From assembly GCA_907165135.1 (NCBI GenBank), contig OU015566.1:1054001-1118000 (forward strand): a DNA stretch of 64,000 bases, read 5' to 3'. This DNA is from Oikopleura dioica. Taxonomy: Eukaryota > Animalia > Chordata. Made by a program: the position numbers and the translations under genes. The notes under the pieces were generated by a model, which was given only the letters and a program-made list of their open reading frames with translations, had not been told where the DNA came from and ran no database searches. Below are positions 1-12,369 of this stretch, one piece after another (positions within the stretch are counted from its first letter, which is position 1; the number at the start of each line of letters is the position of its first letter).

Positions 1-272
1 TTAAATTTTGTCTACGTTGTCACACAAAGTGTTTGGACAATCGAGACATCCAAGGGGACAGTTTTCTCCGCATGGGCATTCATCCAAACAACCTTAAAAT
101 CAAAAGTTTTATCTTGACTGTCTAACTTGAACATCGTTGATGGCAAGAGGTCCACAGAAATTTTATTCTTACTATGATATTCTGAAACACATAATGATGA
201 GATATTCTCTGTCTCGCATATAGCCAAAAACTGACAGTGCAGTAGGTCAGCTCTACAATAAACCTCGCAGAC

Positions 273-666
273 TGTAGTGGTTTTCCTACTGTTTTCGCTT
301 CGAAATATGGGATTCTAGCGCGCGTGGTCGACGTAATTATGCTCAGTGAGCCGTGACGCGCCCAACGCCAAGGCTTTCACTCCATCATACCTTGACAGCT
401 CGCCCCTCTCTATTCCAGCGTTGGCGATATGGCCAACGCCGAGTTCATACGACCAAGTCTAAGTCCGTGCCACCGATGGGTGGTGTCCTACACTATAAAA
501 ACGACTGTACCTCTATAATTTTATCATTCTTTTCCCTGACTTCACAGGTATAACATAAAATATAATATATATATTTTATTATTTTCTGCTCACACCTATC
601 AGGGTTAATAAACTTATTCGAGATTGATTCCCGTGTTCCAATTATATTCAGTATAAAACCACCATA
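273..666 (+). repeat. 5' LTR
   Basis: Starts TGTAGTGGTTTT and ends AAAACCACCATA (imperfect terminal inverted repeat, 10/12 match). Contains TATAAA and AATAAA. Confidence 0.95.
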
Positions 667-2532
667 TATTTTGGTGACTGAATTAATCGGTACGCCCAAC
701 AAGAGAGATATAAGAGAGATACTAGAGATAAATTACCTGAGAATTTATCAATGACGATCCGCGAATATATACTTATTTATCTTTATTTATTCGATAAAAC
801 GGGCATTGTTTTGAATCTTTAGGCAATTTTACCCGATTTTCTCGATAAATATGATAAGAAGTTTTACTTCCGGAATATAGTTGATATTTTTCAATATGAT
901 CCTGATTTTGCTGAAAAGGCTATTCATAAAAACAATCAGGTCCGATCGCAAAACGGACTTTGAACGGAAAACCGGAATCTCATCGCTCTCAAAAACAAAA
1001 TCTAAAAAAAAATCACCTCGACCGGAAATGAAACTGATGATCAAATCCATGAAAGCGACAACTCAAAATTAATGTGTAATTCATGAGAATTACCAATCAA
1101 ATGATCGCTCATCTCAGAAGAAATCATCAAAGTCGTCATTTTTCAAATCCTGAAAGAAGAAAATCAAAGTTCCCTGATTTTAATTATCATTCCGGGAAGA
1201 CTTAAGATTTGAATTTACATAGAAACTCATTCCAAAGAGGTGCCGAAATTCGTGTACGTTTCTGTCATGCAAATGAATGTCGGCACATGGGACAGCTCAA
1301 ACGGGAAAAATTACTGCTCAATCTTCGTAATATTGCTCAGCGTGCTACAGAATGATCTATCCTGAAAAACAAGATATAATCGCCGCTGATGATCAATCAA
1401 TTGTTCAAAGCTCAGAACATTCACAGCTCTGCTCGAAGCTCAAAAAATCGTCTTAATTGCATCAAATGATATGAAAAAAGATATCAAAAATTATGAGACG
1501 AAAAATTAACCAAGAAATGATGAAGAAAAATGACGGATTTCATCACCAGCGCAATACAAATTCGCTCCGATATGCTGCTCATCAATTTTGTTTGCAGTAG
1601 AACAAGCATCCGCTCTGATGTTCCCGCTCTTCTACTTGCACCTTTTATCAAAGACCGTCAAATGTGCCACAAAAGTGCGCAAATTTTTAATTGTGAGGAC
1701 TCTCGACTCACTCATTGAGGCCACACTTCAATCTTCATCACCAAAGTAAAACTGAACCTGCTCGTCGTTCAGAACCTCACATTACCAATAATGTTAACGA
1801 TCCCTGCTCATCAGATGTAATCAGAACGGAAAAATTGACACTCTGGTAGAAATTATTATCTTACGTATTAACGGAAAGATGATCTATGCTCCAAAAAAAA
1901 TGCCTTTCCAAATCTAAGATCTTTAGCTCTTTAAATAGGCAAATTAATAAGAGTTGATTTATAAGTGGATCAGAAAGAAGGCTATCTCAGCTCTAAGAAG
2001 CTCTTAGATAGAAACTGGACATACAAATTATGGCTACTGCTCGCAATGCCTGTCTACTCACGAGAAGTTTTAAACTCAAATATCACAAGCTATCTTTTCT
2101 CGTGATCAACTTGTTCTCCAATAATTGCACGTTGACGATTGAAAACGATACTTGCACATTGCTCACGCTAGAAATCATTAGCCAGTGCAACTGCTCAGAA
2201 GGTTTTTCGTCAATCATGGAAAGAGTCAGAACAATCACCTGCTCGTGTGATATACGCGTCTGATTACACCGCTCAAAGAACTTCGTCGCTCGCTCATAAG
2301 GACAGAATATTCGCTCAATTACCCTTAGAAAAAGTCTTCATATATCAAGTCGATTATGCACAAACTGATTGCAATTAAATATCCATTCACGAAGAAAAAT
2401 ATCGGCGTCATATCAGTCTGATTCGACCGCTCAAACGAAAGACTGCCTTAAGAACAGAATTTATCAAGGAAGATGACGTGGCCGAATCACAAGGGAAAGT
2501 CCTAAAAGACGAAGTTAAGAACAAGTCTAAAG

Positions 2533-2920
2533 TTAACTCTCATAAAGATCAACCGCTCCTTGTTGATAGAGATGAGATCATTCCTGCTCAGAAGAATATA
2601 AAGTCAAAAATTAGCTCTCATAAAGATCAACCGCTCCTTGTTGATAGAGATGAGATCATTCCTGCTCAGAAGAATGAAAAGTCAAAAATTAGCTCTCATA
2701 AAGATCAACTGCTCCTTGTTGATAGAGATGAGATCATTCCTGCTCAGAAGAATGAAAAGTCAAAAATTAGATCTCATAAAGATCAACCGCTCCTTTTTGA
2801 TAGAGATGAGATCATTCCTGCTAAGAAGAAAAAAATTCAAAAATTAGCTCTCATAAAGATCAATCGCTCCTTGTTGATAGAGATAAGATCATTCCTGCTC
2901 AGAAGAATGAAAAGATGTTA
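2533..2920 (+). repeat. 78-bp tandem repeat, about 5 copies, inside the LTR element
   Basis: CTCATAAAGATCAA recurs at 2539, 2617, 2695, 2773 and 2850. One frame gives a 26-aa repeat SHKDQPLLVDRDEIIPAQKNEKSKIS. Confidence 0.95.
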
Positions 2921-4967
2921 ACGAGTCATAAAAATCATAAAGAGCCAAGTGATAGAGATGACTCAGCTCACGACAACAATTGGAAAGATCGTCTCCGCTC
3001 ATGACGATAGTGTTGTCCTGTGATTAGCTGCTCGACTAATCCTTATAATGGTCTAGAAGTTTCGCTCATAACTCGACCTGTTCACAGATAGCTGCTCGAC
3101 TATCTCGCTCTCAAATCGTCACATTTTCACGACGTGGTGGTGCTCAGATATGCGTTCCCATTATCTAGCCACCGTTCACTCATATTTGGATTGCTCGCTC
3201 ACTCTGTAGTCTAAAGACCTGCTCTCACGACATGCATGTCAAAGGTTTAATTGGTTCCTCACAACTTCGGCGGTTCAATGCACAACTGGAAATTGGCTCA
3301 CTAGAATATTAACTCCCCCGATCAAGCTCAAATGGGAATCCAGCTTACTGGTAATGCTCAACTAGACCGTTATTACAAAGTTTACATGCAGGCCTCTGTG
3401 GATTTTTGTTCTCATGACCCAGCTAATGTACTTATTAATTGGCCACACGATAAGTACCTCTTTTCTGAACTTTGGTCCAGCCTTCTGCAGATGTTTGGCA
3501 ATGGGTGCAGTTGCCAAAATCACACACAGAAAGTCCATTTATGAATAATTAGGCATCTAACTCACAGGTTCCGCTCAAAGCTTTGCTCAATAGCTTTACA
3601 TATTCTTAAGAATAGGGTTATTACTCTTTATCAATTCTAATTCACGCCCTGCTCGTAGGCCATATAAATCCCTATTACAATACTTTCACGAAGTTAACCT
3701 TGCTCAAGTAACCTATCGTTCTGTTCGCAGCAATTTTGCTCTATTGCTCTACTATTTTAATCACATGCCTAAAAGTTTATTGGAAGCAATATCGCTCACT
3801 TGCTTCAAAGTTTATCACAAGAGAGTATTTGTTATTCACATTTGCTTAAATATTCTAATCACAAGCAAATTATTCACGATCTCACAGCTCTGTTCACAGC
3901 TTTATATCACTCATAATGTAACACTCTCTTCTTGTTGGAACTCGCTCTTAGTTCTATATATAGTCTGTTAAGTTCTACTAGATTACTGGTCCGATAACAG
4001 GTACAAATTAACGATCACCTGCTCGTGATGATCAAATGCTCAATAATTGGCGCTCATTAACGATCTCCTGCTCGTGAAGATCATCCGCTCAAAAATAAAA
4101 AGGGGAAAGAAGTAAACAGAAAAATACCCATCACAATAGGCCCGATTCACGACTTTGACTACTTATCACTGGTCACAAATGTTCACAAGAAAAGACATCG
4201 GAATGACCTCACAACGTCCGGAAGAAACACTCGATGGCGCATTCTAGCCTTAAAAAAAAATGGTTCTGAACGGAGTACTGGTTGGTCCAATACTCATTTT
4301 TAAAAGAGAAAAAAATCGAAAATGACCTCTCTCCAAAATGATTTCTTCGTGCTCAACGACGCTCCTCCAAAGCGGCTCATTCAACGCTTTATCATTCCTG
4401 CTCTCTTTGATGTCACCATTCCAATCCACTTCTTACCGAACTCAATTTCAAAAGAAAACTTGCAATCGCTGCTCGACTTTTTGCAAGAATTGAAAACGAA
4501 GCTAAGTCCCTTAAAGATCACTTTCACTTTGATATCAACCACCTCCAGGAATTGCTTTTTGAAAATCATGACAGTTTGCTCAACTGGATAAGTGAGACAG
4601 CAATTCTCTATCAGCTTTTGGTCGATAAAAACACTCGCATCGAATTGATGAGACAATTTCAAACAATCTAATAAAAACGATATTACACCTCAAGGATCAC
4701 TTTCAAATTTCTAGAAGCCGATTCAAAATCGTTTTCCGACCAGCTCGAATACGCGAGAACTCACATCAAAATTTTCACAAATGATCTTGCTCACAAATAC
4801 TCGACTTACCGAATCAATCATGCAGAAACTTCACATTCGGAATCTCTACAAGTCGTAAACTCCATCCAGCACGACTCTCTACCAGAAAATGTTTTCGACT
4901 TCATCGAAAATCACTAAATTTCTACGCTCAACGGACGCTTCGCTTCAAAAATAAAAAGGGGAAAATA

Positions 4968-5361
4968 TGTAGTGGTTTTCCTACTGTTTTCGCTTCGAAA
5001 TATGGGATTCTAGCGCGCGTGGTCGACGTAATTATGCTCAGTGAGCCGTGACGCGCCCAACGCCAAGGCTTTCACTCCATCATACCTTGACAGCTCGCCC
5101 CTCTCTATTCCAGCGTTGGCGATATGGCCAACGCCGAGTTCATACGACCAAGTCTAAGTCCGTGCCACCGATGGGTGGTGTCCTACACTATAAAAACGAC
5201 TGTACCTCTATAATTTTATCATTCTTTTCCCTGACTTCACAGGTATAACATAAAATATAATATATATATTTTATTATTTTCTGCTCACACCTATCAGGGT
5301 TAATAAACTTATTCGAGATTGATTCCCGTGTTCCAATTATATTCAGTATAAAACCACCATA
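4968..5361 (+). repeat. 3' LTR
   Basis: Matches 273-666 at an offset of 4695. Preceded by the PPT AAAAATAAAAAGGGGAAA. Confidence 0.95.
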
Positions 5362-6454
5362 AGACGTCTTTCAGTCCTTCGTCTCTTGAAAAAAGAAAAT
5401 TAACTGATGAGAATAAAATTTTCAACATACGGACATGCACCGAAAACGAAAGTCTTTATAAAGACATGATGCAAAAGAAGAGATTTCGAAAACTGCATCC
5501 TGAAAATTTGCCCAACTTGTTGGGATGTTCTATCTCTTTATAGGAATCTAATGGTTTTAACATTTATCTGGAAGATGATTTTTATTGCGCCTCGAAAGAA
5601 GAATTCAATGCAATACTTATGAAATCAATGTCATTGTACCATGAAGAAAACAGATTCAAGGTGATTTTTGAATCTTATTCATCAAAATTTGAGCACAAAT
5701 TGACCTTTTCTAAATAGAAGATGTGAGGGAGAGTGCAAAATTATTCACTAGAACACGTGGACTCTTGAATTCATTTATTTGCATCAGTAATTTCTAAGCT
5801 CGTCATTTCTAAAGAAAACAGATTTGCGAAATCGAAGATTATTTCTTGATGAAGCAAAGTCAGATCAGTAATGGAGTGGTTTATATTGAAAATGAAGCTG
5901 AGAGAGCAATTCATGGAGAAAATTTAAAGGAAGTTATCAACTTAAATTTTTTTTTGCTGCCTTTCCATGGTTAGTGTTTCTTCAATACCTGAGCGAAGAT
6001 CATTAAATAATATACCTAGATTGTGGCTTGTGTTAAGGCAGTACCATCCCAGGTACTGTTTAGGCTATAATTTTCTATATCGAGGTCCGCCTTTTTGATA
6101 ACTAGAAAGACCATTACTGTGATTCGAAATATCGCCGGCGCTGAAGGTATCTTTCTTAGAATAATCAAAATCCATTTCGCATTTCGAGTTATAATTGACT
6201 GAAATTGACGCACAGAGTTAGCATTATTCAAGATTAAAATTAAAAATTCATTCAGCAAAGAAAATCATATCCTCAGGAAAAAGCTTCTCGAATTTACAAG
6301 ACTTCAAAAAAGTAGTTTTCGAATAATTATTTATTAAGAAAATCGACTTTTGATATTTAAAAAATAGGAGAAAGAAAGTAGAAGCAGGCCGATATTAAAT
6401 TATTCAAGCGCTTGAATTTTCCAATTTGATTCAAAGCCCACTTGTTCAAAAAAG

Positions 6455-7314
6455 ATGATGAAAGAAGAAACGGTTCTTTCGAAAGCTTTAGTAGAGAAAA
6501 ATCCATTGAGCATACGAGCGAAGATAAAGGTCTTGGAATTCTGCCTGGCTTGTTTACCAGGTATTTGTTCTTTCATTTCTCCAAAAAAACGATTCAGATT
6601 GGCTTCATTTTTCCCTGGAAAGTGGGAAAGGAGCATTTCAAGCGGCGGTTTTGCTGATTGTTATAAGCACTCTTGCTCTTGGTGGATTTCATTTTGTCGA
6701 CGGGTAATTTCGTGATTAGAAAATTTCTTGTACCTTTTTAAGCCATCAAAGGGAATTTATGATGAAACTACAAATGCCAATTATGATTTCTACCATTGGA
6801 TGCGCGATTTTCAAAAGGGATCTCAAAAATTAAGAATTTTTTCCCCGTTGATTGACCTTTTTTCGGCTCGAATCGACAATTATAATCCGATAATTTTGAC
6901 CAAAATTTTTGCCATATTTTCGAATAATCTAAAAATATCCCCTATTATTAACAAATTTCGGTTTTTTGAGCCAAAAACCAAATCTCTTAAAATTTATGTT
7001 GGTCAAAAAACTCCTTCATTTTGACTCAAAAATTTAAATTTTTGAGATCTCAAAAGTCCTCATTTTCCTCCTTGTTTTCATGATCATCACTTTCCGCAGA
7101 ATACGAATCTACAATCGGTGATTTTCTCCCCCCATCTCGTCCCCTTTTCAAACCCTTTTCTAGACATCACCAAAAAGGCGTCTGCCTGCACCAACCTTCC
7201 GACAGACGCACGACCCGAGTAAGAGTGGTAAATCACAAAGTGATCCTTCTCCAAAAAACCGACCACGACGACTATTACTGCAAAGATCCTCAAGAGGCCC
7301 TTCCATGAATCATT
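6455..7314 (+). CDS. Hypothetical membrane protein (multi-exon, tentative)
   Basis: GT-AG introns at about 6561-6597 and 6705-6739 join ...FCLACLP|DWLHFSLESGKGAFQAAVLLIVISTLALGGFHFVDG|HQREFMMKLQMPIMISTIGCAIF in frame. No family recognised; ends uncertain. Confidence 0.35.
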
Positions 7315-7539
7315 CAACGCGAGCTTCAAGTGTACAGACTCTTTCAACACTGAAATATTAATAAAAATACAAATTTAAAAACCCCAAAGGGTTGAATCAA
7401 AAACCAATAAAACTGAAAATTTTATCGAGCAAAAATATGAGGGCTTGGAAGATACTGGGAAAAACATCTGTTTTTTTTTTGTCAGGGGCTGACTCAGGTT
7501 TTCATCACATAGGGGTCTATTGATTTTCTTTTGAAAATT

Positions 7540-7750
7540 TGGGCCACATTGGGCGACATTTATCGATATTCGGCGAAAAACGGCGACATTCAGCAATATT
7601 TGGCGACGTTCAGCGACAATTGGCGATTTTCGGCGACATTCAGCGGCATTTAGCGGTATTCGACGACATTCGGCGACATTCGGCGACATTCGGTGACATT
7701 CGACGACATTTAGCGACATTTAGCGACATTCAGCGAAATTCGGCGATTTT
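7540..7750. repeat. 10-bp minisatellite (CGGCGACATT)n
   Basis: About 20 degenerate copies of CGACATT-containing units. Confidence 0.9.
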
Positions 7751-7761
7751 CCCAGGGCGCG

Positions 7762-8297
7762 CCTTAACCTTAGCCCGCCAAAAGTGGATTTTCTGGGGTA
7801 CCCGCCAAGAATATATATGGTGCATCCTCCATTGTAGCTCGACACCGTATTTGGTTTCTCATGATTTTATTAGAAGTCTTTGTTAAAAAATAATTTTTTT
7901 GATGTAGTGAGGTGTCTTCATGATGATTCTAGAGTTCATTCATTCAAAAACCCACTTACTGGAATTTTTAAATTGAGGATCAGAGAAGCTGACCAGGGTA
8001 AACTTTCGGTTAAATCGCTGGGAAAAAGCTGGGGTACCCGCCAAAAACACCATATATGGTGCACCAACAATTGTAGCTCGACACCATAAATGGTGCATGG
8101 ACTTTTTGCAAAAATAAGGGTCTCCCGACGCTAAGGTCTTTCAGAAACTGGTCCAAAATCCCTACATCGATAGATAATCGATCGAGCCGTCTCAGCGTAT
8201 CCTCAGTTTTCCAAAAAATTTTCAATGTTCATCACAGTGAGCAAAAACATGAACGATTCACGAAATGTGGTGTACCTTGGCGGGCTAAGGGTAAAGG
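7762..8297. mobile_element. MITE-like element with terminal inverted repeats and an internal direct repeat
   Basis: CCTTAACCTTAGCCCGCCAA at 7762 pairs with TTGGCGGGCTAAGGGTAAAGG ending at 8297. An internal ~55-bp direct repeat lies at about 7793-7846 and 8030-8086. Confidence 0.7.
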
Positions 8298-8478
8298 GTA
8301 AAAAAGTTTCCAACGTCGGAAAATAAAATAAAGCGTTTTAGGTTTGTTGGAAAATGATCACGAGTCCCAGCTCGAATTGCACGTGATTGAAGGCTATTGC
8401 GATCAGTTTATTGAAACGAAAATGAGAATCGATAATTTTTTCTAACTAAAAAATTCTAAAAACAAGAAAACAAAGCTT

Positions 8479-8999
8479 TCAAGAAGTATTTTTTCTCCGC
8501 AAATAAGCGCGCCAAGCATGTTGAATTTTAAACGCAGCAGCCTTTCTTCGCTTTTCCGCATTTTTGAAAAAGAAATCTTTTAATTATGGTTCGAGATGAA
8601 AATAAAAAATAATTCTTAAAATTATGAACCTTTCCTAAATCCTCTAATTCGGCCAAATAAGCTTCCATTTCCATTTCAAATTTCATCGTCTCAAGCTGAA
8701 GTTCCATTTTCTCAACTCGAAGCTTTTCTTCGTTGAAAAACTCCTCATTTATTTCTTTTAAAAATTTTTTCTTTTGGCTAAAAACTCGCCACTGTCGCTG
8801 AATTATTCTTGCCGCCTCTTCTTTACAGATATCATTCTTTCTTTTTGAACCTTTTTCTGCGAATTTCGTGAGAGTATTAGACGCTAAAAATTCTTATTCA
8901 AAAAATAGTGCGTAAAAACAGACCTGTTGAAAATCTTTGAGAAGCTCGATGTTTAATTCTGAGATTAAAGTGATTCTTTTTTAGTCCATTCTCTTCCAT
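8479..8999 (-). CDS. Small IQ-motif (calmodulin-binding) coiled-coil protein, copy 1
   Basis: MEENGLKKNHFNLR...ARIIQRQWR...KAAAFKIQHAWRAYLRRK*. Two IQ motifs and two short introns. Paralog of 13247-13769. Confidence 0.75.
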
Positions 9000-9133
9000 G
9001 AATTCGCAGTTTTACAAAAAAAAGAAGAAAAATGAGTCAACATTCAAATAGAGACTTTCTGTTTGAGAAGAAAAGGACAATTGTTCTTCAAATAATTAAC
9101 TCAATCGAAAATTTTTGTATCAGGAAAAATCGT

Positions 9134-10444
9134 TTATTCGGAATCAAAATTTTTGTTTTTCAAAGCAGATCTCCAAGTCGTCAAAGTAGTCTTCTCTTTT
9201 CCACCCTGGATATGCCCCTTTGACATGTGCCACATCGCAAGTTTCCACCAGAGCAGATTCGAGTTGGTCGATCCTTGATGAACAGTGATTGGTGCAAAGA
9301 TCATCATTTCCACGAAAACGGCAAAGACTGCTCCGGCGATTTCTGACAGCCACCAGAGCCAGTGGTAGTTCCAATCAGAATGCATTATTGCTGGGCCGAA
9401 AACGCGGGCTTTCTCTGATTTAAAACATTTTTTCTTCTCTTTAAAAAAGGGGTTTTCAGTTCTCAAATCAATTTCCTGGATTCATGCAACCAGCGCCAAT
9501 GTACCATCCACCAAAGACACCCTGAGTCACTGTCAGGCCGATTACTAGTGGAGTAAGGGAGTGCTATGGAAATGGTTCATTTTGGAACTTTTCCTGTCGA
9601 AAAAATATTTTGAGAACCAAAACTGATATTCAGGGTCCAGAACAGCTGCAAGAGCGACGAATGCCATCATGAAAGTGAAGAAAAACTCGGCCCAGAAGAT
9701 TGCATTTAGATCAGACGATTCTAGAGCCAGCTCAACCTTCATCAATGGCGATTGCTTTACCTGTAATCGAAATAGCGCCAACAGGAATGCCCCTGATCAG
9801 TGCAGCAAACCAAGCAGCAAGAGCAGAGCCAACAAGTTGCGCGCCGATATTTGGCACTAAAAGTCTCCAAGGAACAACTCCAGCGACGCAGAAAGCGACA
9901 GTCATGGAAGGGTTGAATTGGATGATGCAGATGTCCCAGAACATGGTGATGATGATGGTCAGGTTGATTCCGGCGGCGAGGGCGAAAACGAGAGGAGATG
10001 CTAGTCCTTCGGGGTGGTCGGGGCCGGGTTGAAGCATGCAAGCCCAGAAAACTGAGCATAGAATGGATTAAGTTCTAGTTTTAATTCTTGTTAACCCAGC
10101 ATGAAAGTAGCAATACACTCGGCCAAGATCGGCTTCACCCATTTTTGAAAAAACTGCGCGTACTTGAAGATGCCCTCGTATTTGAGCTGAAATGCGATCG
10201 GCATCTTTTCCAGGTGAGGAAGACCATTGTGTCTGTTGAAATGACCATCGTTGTCAGTCCAGTCGATGGTTTTGTAATTGTCCTCGAAATCGCCAGTCAG
10301 GACGTTCATTGTTGAAAAGAGCATTTTCGCGAGGACGCCGTTTTGAAGATTCTTTTGTTTTTTGTGATGATCAGTTGTGATTTTGATCGCATGTTCGTGC
10401 TCTTTCTCTTTTTTGGAATTCAAATTATTTTCTTCGTTTTTCAT
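9134..10444 (-). CDS. Aquaporin, AQP8-like
   Basis: VKPILAECIATFMLVFWAC, QFNPSMTVAF, GAGCMNP|ARVFGPA and NYHWLWW, with six hydrophobic helices. Exons joined manually. Confidence 0.93.
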
Positions 10445-11559
10445 CCTTCTAATTTTACTTATTCGTTGTTCAAACTTGATTTTACGGTATTGCGATGATA
10501 AAAGAGTTTATGTAGAAATACGGAATTCATGCCACCAACAGATATCAAATAATTTTTATCAATAATGATATCAAAATGTTGTCTAAGGCTTGTAAGAAAG
10601 GGATAAAAGAAGAATTTTTACCCAAGAATTCCTGTTTTGGTTGTAGGAATATCAATGCTCACTCCTCTCTTCTCCAGCCTGTTTTTCGCATCGAGATAGC
10701 TTTTCGGATAGTCAACCATCGCGTCTTCTCTCGATGACCTCGGCTCGATTCCAGGTTGAAATTTTTAGTTTTAATAAATAAGAATAATTTTCTTGATATT
10801 TTAACCTGCTATCCTCGTTGTCTGACAGCATAAGAGCCTTCTGGCAGAGCATCAACTCTGACGAGGGGTGTGTTCATTGATCAGAATTCGATCGTAAAAG
10901 TCGCTTTCTAAGTCTTTTTTGCTAATCGTGGCCGGATAACCTTTTTTTATTTATAGTGATTAATGATTTGTTTCACTTTGAAGGTTCTTTATTAAAAAAA
11001 TTCGCAGCTAAATTTGTGCAAGCTCGGTATAATTCGACGGCGGAGGACATTTGATGATCATCCTCGATCTCTGCGGCTGATTGAAATCCTCATTTCCATT
11101 GTCAGAGTGTCGCAAGTGGCGATAGTCGACTTTTCGATTCGGACTTTTTCGACAGGAGCGGCAGTAGCTGATGAAGTAGTCGCGAGGGCAGCAGCTGCAG
11201 ATCCAGCTCATCCAGCGGAAACAATTCAGCTAAGGTGAGCATTAAAAATAGTGAGGAGGAAAAGAACTTACATCCGTGTGGCAGAAGAATTTTTCGATAG
11301 CGATTGGGCAGTGCATCAGGAGGCAGGCGATGGCGAAAAATAATAAACTTGCTTTTCCGGGTAAATAAGATGAAAAAAAATTTTTGGCGAAAAATAAACC
11401 CGATCCTGTGATAATAAAAGCGGTGACATAGACATCAAAGTCGAGCTGAATGTCGAGATAGTTTTCAGTCGCATGTTTTGAAAGATAGAGAATTCGATTC
11501 TCCTCGTCATAGGCTAAAATATACTTACGGAGCCATTTATCTTTTGAAAATTTTTACCA

Positions 11560-11830
11560 TAAGTCATGTTGAGTCCTTTATGTCTCCCAAACAAGTAGCA
11601 GTCTGAAAGATTGCCCCGCGGAATCGCACTCGTCAAATCCACCAATGTCCCCTTTTCTGGATTGAAGGTTTTCCGACAGGTGGCGCAAGTTTCAAAGTCC
11701 GAGGCTCGGACTCCGAGCCAATCATTTGCTGCCCTTCATCGGAAGAAATGTAGCTGGCGCAAGAGAGGCTCTTGTTGAACTTGTCATCATCGGAGAAAGA
11801 GCAATAAGAAGTGTAGCACACAACGCACTT
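11560..11830 (-). pseudogene. Possible degenerate RING-finger exon
   Basis: KCVVCYTSYC...SLSC in one frame and NDWLGVRASDFETCATCRK in another. A frameshift is needed and the central C/H ligands are not evident. Confidence 0.3.
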
Positions 11831-12369
11831 GATTTACTTGATTAGATTGAAAACTAAAGAGTCCTTTACCTGAGTAATAAAATATCTCTCAAAAGGAGTA
11901 GCGTCAAGACAGGAACTTCGTGGGGCGAGCCAGTAAACACCGTCGTTTTGCCGGGTTCCGAACCGATTTACTTTTTCGTTGATTTTGGTGTAATCGGAAC
12001 AGATCTTTGCTTTCTCACTGCAATCTTAAATTTACTTGCTTTCATCTTTTTTTCGAAAACGCAAGCCTATTCAGCTTCTCTACCTTGCCATTTATAATTC
12101 CGCAAATCAAAAAAACTTCCAAAACAAAATCGAAAAAGAAAGACAAAATTTGAAAGCTTCATTTTCAGCTGACTAAAATCTCTAAAAGAAAGAGACGAGA
12201 GCTCAAAATCTAGAGATCGCATCTTTCATTTCTCCGAAATCTTACCGTTCTTGGCCGTGGAAAATTTTAATCTTGAAAGAAAAAAGAGACACGCAAGCAA
12301 AAAATTCATGATTATCGAAAAACCATGCGAGTTCTATTACGCGTTGAGCGCAAATAAAAATTCTGAATG

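Larger units (their letters stand above)
273..5361 (+). mobile_element. Non-autonomous LTR retrotransposon (LARD-like), about 5.1 kb
   Basis: Direct repeats 273-666 and 4968-5361 (394 bp each; the ORF track gives the same 66-aa translation in both). 4-bp TSD AGAC at 269-272 and 5362-5365. PBS-like TGGTGAC at 672. Polypurine tract just before the 3' LTR. No intact gag/pol ORF in the track. Confidence 0.95.

Noticed and set aside
353-553. 66-aa ORF duplicated at 5048-5248
   Set aside because: It lies inside the LTRs, uses a GTG start and has no recognisable domain; the duplication only reflects LTR identity.
2533-2920. CRISPR-like regular repeat
   Set aside because: The units are contiguous with no unique spacers, there are no cas genes, and the context is eukaryotic.
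3130-3170. GGAQICVP as a possible retroviral protease DTGA motif
   Set aside because: The catalytic Asp is absent and the frame is closed nearby; too weak to call.
5362-6350. Protein-like fragments right of the LTR insertion (possible pseudogene or endogenous viral remnant)
   Set aside because: Stops occur in all frames and I could not recognise any family motif. A tBLASTx search of the joined flanks would be needed.
7375-7886. 114-115 aa ORFs; likewise those at 12251-12673, 29820-30582 and 52978-53300
   Set aside because: They are translations of minisatellite or MITE repeats.
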